Shown here in pieces: positions 34,501 through 49,500 of a DNA stretch of 64,000 bases (within the stretch, counting starts at the first letter, position 1; each line of letters opens with the position of its first letter). Made by a program: the position numbers and the translations under genes. The DNA comes from Phoronis australis (Eukaryota; Animalia; Phoronida): NCBI GenBank assembly GCA_002633005.1, contig NMRA01000391.1, positions 298,159 through 362,158 of the forward strand, read 5' to 3'. Below the pieces are notes generated by a model. The model worked only from the letters and a program-made list of their open reading frames with translations. It did not search any database and was not told where the DNA came from.

Positions 34501-37500
34501 CGAGTACTGGGCTGTTTGCAACTATGTTTTTCTTTTGGGGGCGGGATGCCTGAAGTTGGGCATGGAGAAAGGTCAATGTTTTCAGGGTCCCCAGTGAGCA
34601 AAAATCCAAACGTGGTGCGAATTGTGTCTTGTTTGTTGTGTTCTAATCTTCCTATTTAGTCTCAGGAACTGTTATAGCTTACATATTATTTTCACTTGTT
34701 GATCATGTTACTATCATCTGTATGTCAAAAGAATAAATATAGGTACCACCATGTAACACTTATGTGGATCATTTGTATCTCAAAAGAATAAATATAGGTA
34801 CCACCATGTAACACTTATGTGGATCATTTGTCTTGTGAAACTGATAGAACTGGAGGTTTTCAAACATGGCTCAACAGTTAAAACCTGGCTTAGAACTGTT
34901 CATGCATTGTTCAAAATTTCTAAAAAATGGCCCATATCCTTCCAAACATGATGCAGCACCATGTTTGACTATATGTAGGGAGTTTTGGGAGAGCCATGAG
35001 CCGAGCTGTCTCACTCAGGTGATCTATAGCTGGCTGACAGCTCACGTCAAGGTGTAAAAATACCAAAATGAATGAAGTTGTGGTTATTTCATTCAGGTTC
35101 TTTTTTTGAGGCATGCAGCTCGGCTCATAGCTCTCTGTCTGCGGTGGCCTTTAGTGTAGTTCTGTTGAAAACTTATTCAGGATAATTCAGTTGTCAAAAA
35201 GCCATTAAAGAGTACTGTGTGGATTATCAAGCTGCTGAGCATTGATTGTTTCTAGCATCTTTGATTTATCCAGTGAGACATTTCAGTGATTTTTCTCAGT
35301 TTTACTTCCGTTGAAAACATTTTAATGAAGACCATGTTGGTATAACTTAATAGTTCACTTTGATTAAACAAGACTTTGTAGTTGTTTCAGCAGCAAAGAT
35401 CATGTTGAAAATTAATAAAATACTACAAATAATCACAAGGTATCAGGCCAATGGACTTTCTGTGGCTGTTTTCATCATATTTGGTTAGCCATTCCATATT
35501 TCAATGGTTTCCCAGAAGGAGAAGTTGGTCCAATGCTTTGTGTCAAAATTACCCTGTGGTCCTGCATGCTATTCATTCTACAGTTACTGAACAGCTGTTA
35601 TGTAATGGGAATAGTGAGCGACAAAGACAATTATCTATGACTGTCCCTGAATAGCAATGTTCAGCTGGTCTTGTCTGTTCTTTGTTATGGTACTAAAATT
35701 AGTCCTGCTTGTTAGAGATTCTTTGCTTTGTGCATTTCCATTCCTAAATTGGCATATCCCCTGATTCCCTATGATTTACGCATGATTTGTCTAATCGCAA
35801 ATTAAGAAAAAATTCAATTCATGGTCTCAACTGAATTTCCAACACCATTTTAACTTTAAGGTGGGAAATGCTTACCAAAATAACCTGGAGTTCATATGAA
35901 TGTTCCTCTTTATGTACTATGCACTATATGTCACAAAATAAAGACTTAGCAAATTTGTTGTATGCAAATGGTTTCAATGCCTTACTTCAATAATGGGTTT
36001 CTCTCTGACTTTCATGTGGTGCTGTTATCTAAGCAGTATGAAAGAAAGGATTTAGCTACTATCCCTATTAGATAGGGCATTCTTTTTGAACTTTGATGTT
36101 TCTTATCACATTAGTTGCTAAATTTGCCTTTAATCTGTCTCATTGAGGATGGAGTTTGTGTTGTTTGTTATGCCTAATTTCATGGTGTCCGGTCTCCAGG
36201 TGGTTATCCAGTGGTGGTTGAGAATCACAGGCGTTCCTGAGTGAGATACTCCAGTTTTGATACTTTTTAGGTGTCTGTGAAGTCCAGTGGCGGTCATGAG
36301 CTTTTATAAGCATTTGCACATCCAATTTCTTGCCGCGCATAACAAATAACTATGATAAATGGGACAGTTATAATCTGTCTGTAATCTATTCATCAGCCAC
36401 TGCCAGGTTGGTGTTATTTATGGTTGTATTATTAAAAGTATGTCCACTCTGGTAAGTCGGCAGTCGCCTTGTTTGACCGCAACTCCCTAAATCGTCGATG
36501 TGTTGACATTAGTATTCAAAAGGCCTTATATCGTAATGTACTTTTCATACGCATTCTATTTTGAATCTAAAATAGATCTTCCAGGTATTTTCATACCAAT
36601 TATGATCCGTTACTGAAATTACAGTCATGGAATTTTGTTTATCTTTAAATCCAGTGAGCCCCCAAGCAGTGTAAAATGATCGTTAGTAAAGATAGAACAG
36701 TTTTATTGTTTGAATTGCTGAGTGTTTGGTTACCCTCAGTGGATGAAGTTGGGTCTTAGAGCGTGCTTTCAGTCATATTTCCAAGTATCTCCNTCCCCCC
36801 CCCCCCCCCACAGCACATCTGACTGTCCCGGTCGAATGCCAACACTATACACTTTGTATGGCAAAGCTTATTCCAATTTGAAACGAAGCGATTGTTGAAA
36901 TTGCAATTTTTACAAAAGGTAGCTCAATGTTCTCCACAACCTGCTCTGACACGATACCGCGTCAATTTTGAAAATGAAATTTCAGTTCCGCCATATTGTC
37001 AGTGTTTGGAATTGAAAGTTGAAGCCGTGTTGCTGATACAAATGTGTGGCACTTCTCCATTCAGAAATCTTGGCATTTCCAGGCAGGAAAGTCTGTCTGA
37101 GGAATTATATAATGATGACAACTACCAGCAGATAGTGACAAAATGACAGGTGGTGCTTGTCTTCACCAGGATCCCGCTGTGGATAGGACTCCAAGTTCCT
37201 CACTCCATTGTTGTTAACCATGGCAAACATCTTCAACAAGTTGGCAACAAATTGTAAAATTGTATCAACACGTCTCTGGTGGTAGTCACCTGCAACAGTT
37301 TTGTTACAAATTCAATAATTTGTTGCAAAAAACACCAGCTGTTGTGTTGGTAGTTGATATCTAGAACTGGTTTGAGTTCCTGGACCACAAGACATAACTT
37401 GCAGTCTCTGCAAAATATCTTCACTTATGGAATGGAAACGCTAAAGTCAATAATCCCATAACTCAACTCTCTGACATCACCGACCAATCACTTCAGAAGC

Positions 37501-40500
37501 CACCATTTTGCTTGGATAGGCTAGTACTCAACAAGCCCTCTTTTTTCACTCTTGGTAATTTTGCGAAGTTTTGCGAGATCTTGCTTTCTTGCAAAGAACT
37601 AGGTCGGCGGAATGCTCTCCTCCAATGTCTTTTTTAGATGTATTACTGGATTCTGGGCAACTAGGCCCCCACCTGGGTCAGGAGCCCCTAATAAAAAAGA
37701 TCCATACCAGTTGAGCTGAGGTAGCCCCCATAGGCGTGCACTGGCCCTCACCCTTGATTGTGTGGCACCTACTCCAGTGGACATCACTTGACAATATTTG
37801 AACCCTCTTTTGGAGTCTCGAACCTTCCGTTTGGTTGATATTGCAGAGAATGGGCCTTAAACCTAGCTCCATAATAAAACCACAAAGCACCTTTAATGGG
37901 GTACATTTTTGGAAGTCTTGTGTGAATTAGCTCCTTCATTAGTCTTGATTTGCTCACGTACACCAGGTACCAACAATTCTGGTATGCCACCAAATGAGCT
38001 GGCAGCACTCTCACTACCCCACTTTTGTCTGTCCGTTTGAATACTTGAAACTCATCAATCCTAATTGAAGCGAATAAGATTGAAATGTCTGTCAAGACAG
38101 CACAGCTCCAACCTACATAGTCATTGCCAGGGTTACACAGTACGCACGCTACACACTCACTGCTGATTCTCCCACTGCTGAGGAATACCTGGCACGGATC
38201 ATTGGCACCAAGCACTCAGCCACTGGCTTGATTTGTGACTGTATTTATAGCTAGCATGGGCTATAGTAACTGGTGGCTGATGACGCCAGTGGGCTGCCGC
38301 ATTAAAATGATCTTGGTTTACAATTATGGGTCATTAACTGCATTGCAAATGTGTGGATGTTTCCAGAAATGTCATACAGTGCTGATTTTATAATAGACTG
38401 TTCTGTCCTCACTTTAGGTTGAAGCGCAAGCAGAACTGTGTCATAGCTCTGTTTGTTTGATGGTGAATATTTGGTTTTTCTAAGTATTAGTTTGTTGCTT
38501 TTTTGTTTTCAAAAAATTTCGTAAGTTCTCCTTACTGTGGTAAGATTCCATTTCAGGTACTTACTGAATTCACTGCCAAATGTGTACATGCGCCATTTTC
38601 AAATTTTAGGGTTGCCCAACCTCAATAAATTCTGCAGTGTAATCTTGAGTCCCTGATGGTTTCGGTGTTCTGGTTAGTAACAGAGAAATGGGTTGTAGTC
38701 ATGGTGAGGAATATTACAAAGCAAATTTTGTGGGAGTAAGAGGCCTAATTCGATTTTTGTTTTTTAGCCAACTAAACAAGAGGAAATGAAACTTAAGTGC
38801 TTTATGGAGTTATTCACTATGTCTGTTATTTGGCACATAATAATCATCATAGTAATGTTAAACTATCTCTGTTAGAGTACAGCTTCAAACTAGTGATCAC
38901 TCATAGTCTCAGGGTGTTCTTTAAATCCAAACCCTGACTGGCCATGCCCCAGGCGCCTACATGAGGAGGTGTCAGATTGCTAGAGTTTGCTCGCAAGGGT
39001 TCTCATATTTAACCTTACTGTAGTTAAGGGTGTTGTGAAGTATGACATAGCATATAAAAAGCATTAATGTCCATCAGAAGTGGAATGCTGGTATTTCTGT
39101 GACCTTCGGGTGACCTCGTTAAGATTAATGTAAACTATGAAACTATGAAATGTTTGAATTTAGTACCTTTTATGTGATGTTTCTTATCCTATTTTTAGAT
39201 AAATGAAAAGTGCGTGCCAGAACAATAGATTAGGCAATCTTTCCTGGGTTTTCCTTCACACTATTTTACTATCCTGCTTAGACCCTATCTTCTGACTCAA
39301 GGGGGGACCTAATAGCTCCCATTGACTATTCTTATAGAGGGCATCTCCTGAGGTACATTTCATAGATTATCATACTCTAAAGTATTTACGCTGAGAAATT
39401 TCGCTTATAGAGCGGAAACGGTGAATTCTTTCCCAACATCTTACCTCGCCAACCAATCACTAACATGGTTTCCAATTTGCTGCAAGTTTACACACGAAAC
39501 ACTGTGGTCTTGTTTTTTCACAAGTCTTGTGTCTGCAGAATGCATCCCCAATAACTTATAATTAGTGGTGCCCTGGTGTATTCCTAACAGAGCGCTAGCA
39601 TGATAAGTCCTATGTTAGCTTCACTTTTGGTCAGCCTATGTGCGACCAGCCTTGGTCAGCGGTGACGTGTGACTCTTTTTCATGTCCATTGTATTCTTGT
39701 CAGTTGAAAAGCTGCTCATCTTTTCTTGGATCGGTGCCAGTAGATGATACTGAGGAGATGGTCTTTAATTTTGAAGTTGTTCTGTGTTAGAAAAGTGTTG
39801 CTAGCTGTATATGGTAAAATATGGCATATTCCGGGAAAAAAATAGTTGCCTAAATTCATCGTTTTTCATTTTTTCAAAGGTTTGACTTCGTTGTGAATGT
39901 CATAGCTACTCAAAATCTCGCCTGATGCCAAGCCATGGAAAAAATGGTAAATCGTTGATTTTGTGCTACCTGTCCTTTATGAAAAATCAGGGAGGCAAAG
40001 TATCACATACCTGCCATATTGTGTCCTAACATTGGAGATGTTGTGCCACAGTTTAGAGGTTCAAGCCGGAGCCACGTCAATACACTTAAATTTTGGGTAT
40101 AATTTATTTGAATGCATTCATCCCGTTCCGATCCAATCGCTCATAACTTGTGAAAAGAAGTCCATCTCAGCTTTAGTATGTCGGTTTCAGTATAAAGCAT
40201 AACATATTTCATTTTACGCTGCGTGAAAAAAAGTTGTGTGGTTGCTGTCGCTTATATTACCCTGAACTGTTCTTGTACTGGCTATGCCGTTATCATTAGT
40301 TTTGATTAGGAAATAAGATATATGTACAATTAATTGATTTCTCAATAATAAGTGTAAAATGATTAGATATTCCGACTCCAGTCCATTCATATCCAGCGTA
40401 GATTGCTCAGTCATGTATGCAGATGTGAGCTTACAGTGCACTTATAACTGTTGGAGCCAACGGGCACGCTGTCTCCAGTCTTATTGATCCGTGCTAGGGC

Positions 40501-43500
40501 CGTGTCTTGGCAGAACTCACCGGCATTGGTCTAGTTAAATATGCACGCCATGCATGGTCTGTGTTTGACCAAGTCTCCCCACTCTGGCTGGAGGTGTGTG
40601 CGTGTTTGTGTGTGCTTGTATGAATGTAGGTAATGCTGGGGGATTAGTGTCTCAGGTGTTGGTAGCCTGCATTCTGATTCATGCAGACCCAGTTGGCCAA
40701 CAGCTCAGCCTTGTCTAGTCAGTGTGTCTGGTCAGTCTACCAAGACTGGCACCAGGCTAATTAAGTCCAATAGAATCTCAACCTGGGGCTGTGACTGTTG
40801 AATACAAGTGTGCGCTGCCTATCCCTCTTAAGGTTTACTAGTTTATCTCTCACTGTTAAACATGCAGATTTTTTTCATGGAATTTATTTCCAGCTTTAAA
40901 CCCAACTAAGGCTGTTTGTTCTGTCTTAAATCAAAGCGGGTAGTTTAGTATTGGTTAACAATGTAATTTATTATTTATAAATTTAATTTTTCAGTTTTAA
41001 TATTTTTATACAATTTGGTATTTATAAACTACAAATAAATTCCTGGAAACTAAATTGAATAATTTCAGCTGGTCAGAGACTCCAGGATAATAAAGTGGAT
41101 GTATTAAGAACAGACATTGATAAGGCGAAGATAGCCACTGGTCAGTTCTGTTTGCCTAAGCAGTTAGAATGCATAGGGTTATTAAAATTGAATTTACATA
41201 TGGATTTAGTGGGAGCTTTAAGGCCTGATTGTGGCTCAGTTGACATTGACCAATATGACATAACCCCTTACAGAATGGCTGCTTGGGCAGAATAACTTCA
41301 AAGGGGGCTCCTGTTGCTTCTTTTTAATTTACATGATGGTAGGTCTCTTCAGTTTATGCAAGGGGGGGGGGGTCTGAGTGAGTGCACTTTGGAAGATGTT
41401 TATCTGCTGTGGGAATTGAACCAAGAAGTCTTGTCAGAGACGTTGTTTACTTTCCAGTTGATGTGATATCTCTGCTTCCAACTCAGTTTTTAGGCTCTGC
41501 TGTTTGCAGAGTGTAGGGTAACAACTGAGGAATGTAGTCGCACACAATGTGTTGTTGCTTTGGTCAAAGCCATTACTTACAGTCTGTGTAACTCTCAAGT
41601 GACTATTCCCTTGACCCAGGCTACTGACAGGGGATACTTGCAATGACTCCATCAAATTGGTGACCAGTGGTCAAGCTTAGCTAGGTCCTCATTAGGTTAA
41701 TGTATTCATGGACTGCTGTAGGTTGGTAATTTTGGTAGTGTGTAAGAAAATTTGCAGCTTTCCTTCTACTTAAGAATTAGTGACACTTGGTTTTACAACC
41801 GTGTTTGTTATTTCTTGATGTTTAACCAAGGTGTTGGTCTCTTACCGAGTTGTGGCCTTTTTAGCTGTAGGCTGCCTGTGGTTATTTGTTGTCCTTGTTT
41901 GACACAGAAGTCAGTTGAGTTGGGTGGGCAAACACACAGGAAAGCTTGAATTGTACGGATTGAATGAGAGAAGATCAGGTTATTCTGTGCACAAGGGCTC
42001 GATTTAGGATCAGTCAACACTGCTGTTGTGGCTTTCTGTGCTGCTCAGCCATAAGAAATGAAGAGGATTTACTTACTCATTGCTTTTTGTTGGAGCCTTT
42101 TGAATAGGGTCAAGATGATTTGCAAACATGGGGGCTGTAGAGTGAGCAGACATGCTTGTTTAGTTGGCCTTAACTGGGCCTGTTTTATTGACTTGTTTTA
42201 GCATTAATAATGTCAGTTTTGTGTGCCTGACCAGTGACATTCTTTTCTCATTCAATTACTTTTTTTTCTAAAACGTTCAAATTACAACGGATGTACCCTG
42301 GTGGTGCTTGGCACAGTTATGAAAGAGACTTTGACATGAGGTTTGAAATCTCTTCTTTTTCGTATTTTTGCCAATAAACTTTACCCCTTCAGCTGTGTAA
42401 TTTGGCCATGTTTGTCTACAACTGGCTTATTTTTTCTCCTTTTTCACTTAAAATTGGACACGTCCTCACATACATACTGCCTGGTGACAGTAACCGTACT
42501 GCAAGCAAATGTCCTCCTCTAATTTTCACTGCCTCCACTCTTCAAAATTATGTACGATTGACCTAGCACTAGTGTGAATATGAGAGTTGTGTTGATAATG
42601 CTTAGGTTGTAGCTCCTAGTGTCAGCCAGGCACACTTGTCTGTCACAGAGTGTAAATACCTGTACAACTTGATGGCATAGTTCTCAGTACACAGATGAAA
42701 AATGGGGTCGCTGTGAGAGCTGGTTTCCATGAAAATCCGAGTTTGTTGAGTTCAACTAGGCTCATTAACTCGGCAACTCGACACTTTGGTTCACTCTAGA
42801 AATATTTGGCGCTACGTTTCACCTTAAAGTACTCTATTTTTGAATTTTGACTTCTTTTCCGGTACTATGGGGGTGGTTTCTTGTTCGATTTAGTCAGAAA
42901 TTGTTGACGTGTAAAATAACTAATATTTTCAGTAACCAGTGATGCTGAAAGGTTAATTACCAGTAGTTCTTGGGTCCTGTGTGCGGAATGTTGGCTGTGT
43001 TTCCCACACAGCTTGTTGGTATTCAGCATGTGAACTAAATCTTTTTTAGGAAAACTGGAATGAAGTTTCTATTTCTTTGCTTGCTACTTTTAAAAAGTGT
43101 TTTTTATTACACTTGGTTAATAGCAAGAGAAATTGAGTTATTCATTTGGTGGGTATAATTGTTTCTGTTAGTCATTGTGTGTGCTGGTATATCCGGGTAC
43201 TATTAAAAGTAAATGCCCTATTTTATGTAGGAGGATGAGGGTTTTAACAGACTGTAATTTCTTATTTGTTTTCATGCAAAAACTGTGGTCACATGATTAT
43301 ATGTTGCTTGATGTTTAAACCGTAAAATTTAGACAGACTTACCCTATAACAGGTTGCTCCTGGAACGAGGTTTTTAAGTGCTGTGTGGATGGTATTTAAA
43401 CTAGCGCAACTTACCCCACTTGCGACAACTTACCCCACTTGTGACAACTTACCCCACTTGCGACAACTTACCCCACTTGTGACAACTTACCCCATTTGCG

Positions 43501-46500
43501 ACAACTTACTCCACATTATTGAGGTGGGTAACTTGTTCTAGGGTAACTTGCGCCACTTCTAATTCCTGTGTGGCCGCAAACTTGGGGCAAGGCGGAAGTA
43601 ATTATCAGCTGCAGTTATATAAAGACGAGTTTTCTTTTGCGCGCCATGTTTGCGTTAGGTATTTATTGTCACGCACCGAGCGACAACTTCCGTCTTACCC
43701 TAGGTGGTTATTGGATCTGCGTGTGTGTGGACGCTCCACTTAAAAGTGGGGTAAGGTACTCTAGTGCACGTTGTTCTAGGGTAGGTTGTGTGTGGATGGG
43801 ACTGAAGATAAGAAATGGTTTCAACCTTCATTATTACTCAAGATTATGCTTGGTGCTTAAAATGATCTGCTATGGCAAGCCAACTCTTTAAGCCTTGCCT
43901 AAAGCCATAAAGAATATTTAGTTTTTAATAATTAGAAATTATTTCTCACAAGATGAGACCGATTCTAAGCAGCAAATTGCACAAAGTAAAATTCACTTTT
44001 AGACAGAAGGCACTTATTTGTTGCACCTTAAAGGTTTATATTTGGTGGAAATTATTTGTCCTCTTTGTGGCCTAGGCCTGGTCACAGGCAAATAGCATTT
44101 GTTGAGACACAATTTGTCATTCCCTGACCTCGCACTTTGTAAACTGTGTTTGTTATCCTTGAGCTGCTTAGCATCTTGCACTTGGCCACGTGGTAAATCT
44201 TCACTTATTTTGCACAAAACTTGTCATGTTTATATCGTTCAAGGGCTGATAGCTCTGATGCAAAAATTGGAAGCTTTACTATGATAATTCTTCATTCATT
44301 TCGCAGGCCGAGTTATTTTGCACACCCAAAATTATTTGCAAGAATAATATTTTGTCTCTTATTCCACACCAGGCTACTGGGTGGCAATATTTCTTACCTC
44401 ACCTAATTTGCACTTACGAAATGTCTAGGCAAAGGTTTTCACTACAATATATTTCTTTTTGCTTGAGTGTGAAATCTATTTGTTTTCTTTGTTTGATTCC
44501 CTGTTCATGTAGGGATAACAACAAGTGGTTCGTTGGCCAATCAAGGGTAATAATTTGGTGTAGTTTTAACAACTTAGCATCATAATTTTCATCAATGTTC
44601 TTTTATTTTCAAAGTGGGGAATACCTTTGGGAGTACTGATGTACTATTTGGCGGCTTCTTGCGTATTTGGATTTGCATTGGTGACTGACTGACCGGTATA
44701 GTTTTAGAAATGACAAGATGTTTGAGTCTATAAATGCCTTCAGGTTTGCAGCAGTGAAATACGTATGGAAATTCGTAGTCTTATTATCCAAATTTTAATG
44801 GGTAATAACGGTAGTTATTTTGCATGTGAACTATGAATAGTTTTTTCATATTTCATCTTAGGGTAACGTTATTTCACGAACACATAACTTACCGGTAATA
44901 ATATTGGCAACCATAGGCCTCATTTCATTTAATTAACACACCAGCAGTTGGTGATGCTTGAGTTCTTCACTTAACTCCCCAGGCCCATTAAGTTTGTATA
45001 TTCAGTTTATTTTGGATTAATTTATTCAATTTATTTTTTACAAAATATGTTGAGAAACACTGTAACAGTTATTTTATAACATCTAGATCTGTTAAATGAA
45101 CCTGACAATGGACCAAAATTATCTTGACATTTATTTTAGACAAAGTAAGTTTCAGTTATGGACCATATTGTGTGCTACATAGGTGAAGAGTTATTATGTA
45201 GTGTGTCTGTTAACTGCGCTCTTATTAAATACCCTGACATTGGATTTTTGTTATCAGTAACAAGTTAAAAAGGCAGATTACAGTGGAGTATGTGACCCCA
45301 GTTAGCTGGATGCATTGCGTGAAGTCGTTAACAGTGGTGTGCGACTATCTGTGTCCCTGGTGGGCCACCTCCCCTGAACTGGTCGGTGTTTGCACATGTC
45401 CCAGCCTTATCAACAAATCAATAGTTGAATGTGCCACTAATAACTACTCCTAGATAGGCACCTAACTAGGTCTTTATCTCAAGTGTACACATCCGCTGGT
45501 GTGATCACCTTCACATTAATTACAATGCTTGGTTCTTTGTTTTATGTTTAAGAAAAATTCTTAAACAGTTTCCTACCCTTGTTCAGCGCTAGCACCATTC
45601 CTTTAAAGGGACATTATACGCAAGAAAAGGGACTTTCTGAGATCAGCATCTGCACGGTGTAGAACTTGCAATTCTGCAGTTGCAGCCTAGTGCTCTGCTG
45701 GGGGAGCTAAATCTGACTCAGTAAATGGCAGAATATTCTAAGTGTATGCAAACTCACTGGCCTTGATTTCAGTGAATGTCTGGCAGACAATGATGGCAAT
45801 TAGTAATAAAATTACAAAAACAATGGATTTTGTTGTTTTATAGCCCTGTTCATATCTTATAACTTTAAGAGGTCTTTTCCCTACATCATTGATCCCAAAA
45901 ATGCACTTTTCATCCACAAAAGCGATAGTGTCCCTTTAAGATGACACTGGGTCTTGGTTATCACCACTTCCTTATGACTTGGGTTGCCTAAGTTGTAATT
46001 AGGAGAGCCCTTATTCCCCATTCACTCTGGCATTGGTCTGATTTATTAGACAGTTCACACAGTTGCTGGACAGATTAAGCATCAGAGAAAGTTGCCTTGT
46101 CTGAATTTCCCCCTGGTGTTAATGTTGTGGAGGTCTACTGCCAGGGATATCTTGCTATTTTCTGGTTGCAGGCTTGCTGGTTGAAGCTCACCCTGTTTCT
46201 GGAAAAGTGAATTTCGCTTTTTGTCAGTGTTTAAATACTAAAGCACTGTCAAGTGGGCCCAAGTTGTGCCTGGAGCCACTTATGCTTGTTCAAAGTGCCC
46301 ATGTGAACACAGTTTAAAGCAGCATTAAAACGTGCTTTTTTCATAAGCCAAGGTTTGATTTGGGCCACTTACTGGTGTAAAGTAGTTGTTCCTTGTTCAG
46401 TTAAACTCTTGGCGCACTTTCCTCACAGCAAATCGCTCATAAGACAATTTTCCATTGAGAAATTTTGGATTATGGAGTGGAAATAATTATTTAATTACTA

Positions 46501-49500
46501 TGAACTCTTTATAATTCAACATTTCAGTCTCAGTAACCAATCACTTCAATGACAGCTATTTTGCTAGTAAACTTAAGTAAGGTTCCTCCCTCCCTTACCC
46601 ATGAAACACTCTCCTTTCGTTAACATGACCTTGTGCGATTTTGCCAAACTCGTTCGTTTTCCAAAATGCACCCCTGATCTTGTTCACTCCTTAATATTGT
46701 TAGGTTGTTAAGGAAAATTGGATTTCTCAGCACCGTGGGAGATCATTTTTAGTATTGGCATGGCGATAGGTTGGTTTGGTTATCTGACCTGTAGATATTT
46801 CTCATTCACTCAGAGGATGGCATTCACTCATTTCAACTAGAAAACTTGTCAGTTTCTACAGGACACTGCAGTGTAATATTAGCGTAGAGTTTGGAGTGAT
46901 ATTGGATTTGTTGTGTTTCTCAGTGTCAGACATGAAATTGAATACCCAGTGTTATTGTAAGGGTCTAACTTTGTGGTCATTGTAGTTTGTTAAAATTCAA
47001 AGTTCCATGTTCACAATGTACACCACCTTTTTGAATGGAAAATGTGATGCAAATACCTTGATATATTTTCAATTTCCTTTCAACTTAAGAACTGTTCTCA
47101 GAGAAAGAAAACAGCAAGGAGAGATGTTTGGTCTTGTCGCATGAACAGGACATCCTTAATCTGGTTCTACAATGTTTGCGGTAGAATCTTACCCATTTTC
47201 GGACCAAATAATTGCCAAAAAAGACCTTTTTCATTTTGAAAATTTTTTTCTGGTGAATGCTATAGTACAGAACATGATCGTTGAATACCATTAATTTAGT
47301 GCTTCGTATTTTATGGAAAATGAGAAAATAAAATATCGCCACCAACGGCGATATTGTGTCCATTGTGGTGGATTCCTGGTACATTTCCCATTTTTGCAAT
47401 GTTTCAGAGATAATAGTTAAAAACTACTTTGGTGTGACTGCATCCTTAGGTTTCATAAGTCTCATGACTGTATTGTTTTCAGTGGAGACCAGTGTGAACT
47501 GCATGCTGGCTATATCTGGTATGTTGTGCTGGCACTGGCTCCAATCTGTCTGTCATCTGAGGGTTATCAGTCATTGACAATGTCATCAATTGGAGATATA
47601 ACCAGGCTCAGAACACATGATGTCAGACCCATCTCCTGTCTCAGATTGTTGGAATTGGTAGTTCCGTCTTTTTTCTTTCAGTTTTGAGGCTATTGTTGTA
47701 CAGTTATTTTGTGCAAATTGACTTTCCAAATCGTTACTGATGAGCGATTGTTTTCTGAATGCTCAGATATAAAGGATGTTATTTTCTTCAGTAGCCCAGC
47801 TCAGGGTTTAGCTATTTCCATTTTCAAAAATGAATGTCTAGGTGTTGACAATTTCAGATTCATACTCCCTTGATTGGTCTATGCTGTTCTGTGTAGTCCC
47901 TGGGCTGCATTATATCACACTGTAGTCACTTGTGCTCTCTTGGTAAGTGGTGTTTCATCCACACAACTGCTCAGTGCTCCAGGCAAGACATTTTAACTGT
48001 TTGTGTTTGCTGTGAATAGCTTGAAAAGGCACCAGGCTAAAAGTTATGATTTGTATTTGCGGTACGCTCCGGTGGTCGTTTGAAGGTGTCCTTTGTGCAA
48101 TTAAAGACGGGCTGATAGGGCCAGTGTTGCTGTTGGCTTGATGGTATTTTCCTACGCAAATTAGGCGTAGGGCAGCAGTTTAGCCTCTCAACAAATTGTT
48201 GGCTCTGCTCTAGCCAGGTTGTGTTCATTCCCAGAGTCACAATAGACATGCAGACCTGAGGACTCAATAGGGACAACAATAGCTGCCCCCACGCTACCTG
48301 TGCCTAGTTGCATAGGGGTGACAGCAGTGCATATACCTTTATTGACTTAGTCCCCAGTGCTGGGACGATCGTCTCACGTTTCCTCCCCGCTATCCCCACC
48401 TGCATGTTGGTATGTTTAGCTGAAGGTCACCATAGAATATATTGTTCGCTTGCCGTGGCTTCACCTGGAACTTTGGGAGTGGTGGTTTCAGGGTCCCCAG
48501 TGATAATGTATATTGTACATAATGTCATGTGAAATCTAATATCTTGGGAGCAGCATGGAAACTTTCCCCCTGCAATATGTTTTCTCCTTGTCTGTGGCTG
48601 GGTTTCAACATGAACACCACTCCCCTTGAAATTCCAGCTTAGTACTAGTCTGTAATGATTGCCCAGTAATTCACCCATGTCTTTACTCTTCATTATTAGC
48701 TGTCTGTTGTTCAAAGAATGTTTTCTTTTCCATGACAATAGGCTCCATTCATTCTTGACCCAGGGCTTTTAATCTGTCAAAGGCACAACTACCATAATTG
48801 CCCATTTGCAAGGCTCAAAAGAGGTCGTCAGTGTTCAGTTAACTTTCTTGGGGCTCCTGTGAGGGCTACCTGTTATGTTAGATTTGTATAAAGATTATAT
48901 GCCTTTTCATATCAGTAAGTTTTTGTCTGGGGTCTGTTTCTTGGTGCATATGTTTTTACCTTTTGTTTGTTATCTCAATATTGTCATGCAAAGAGAAAAG
49001 ACTGAATTTTCATCAAATTTTACTACAAAACTTGATTTATACTCCGGCACCACATGTTAGAGAAGAGTGCTTGCACTTTAGTTATACCTGAAATGTGGGT
49101 ATAATTAAGGCCACCTTTCGCAACACGGTTCTTCGTTAATGATTGCTTGCTGACTTCAAGTCATTAACCAAGATTCACTGTTAATTGTGCGTACATTGTG
49201 CGTTAATGCTAGCTCGCCAATTCCAAGTTGGTGGACAGAGCATGGCTGGTTGTATCTTGTACATTTGTTAGATTGATTAGCATTGGAATGTTTGGGGAAT
49301 ACTGAAAAATTCACCGTCAGTATTGGCTACCGCATTATGAGTAGTTTATATGCTAATTGTGTGTTGCTTATTACCAAGTTACTGGAAAAAGATATTATTC
49401 TAAAGTCATGTCCAGATTACGAGTTACCCTAGAATAACTTGCCCTAGAGTAATGCCCTAGTCAGCCGAGCATCCACACTGCACACACACACCACCTTGTG

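Noticed and set aside
37784-38215. 143 aa minus-strand ORF in the Smad intron as a nested gene
   Set aside because: Non-ATG start, no domain motif, and no supporting exon chain.
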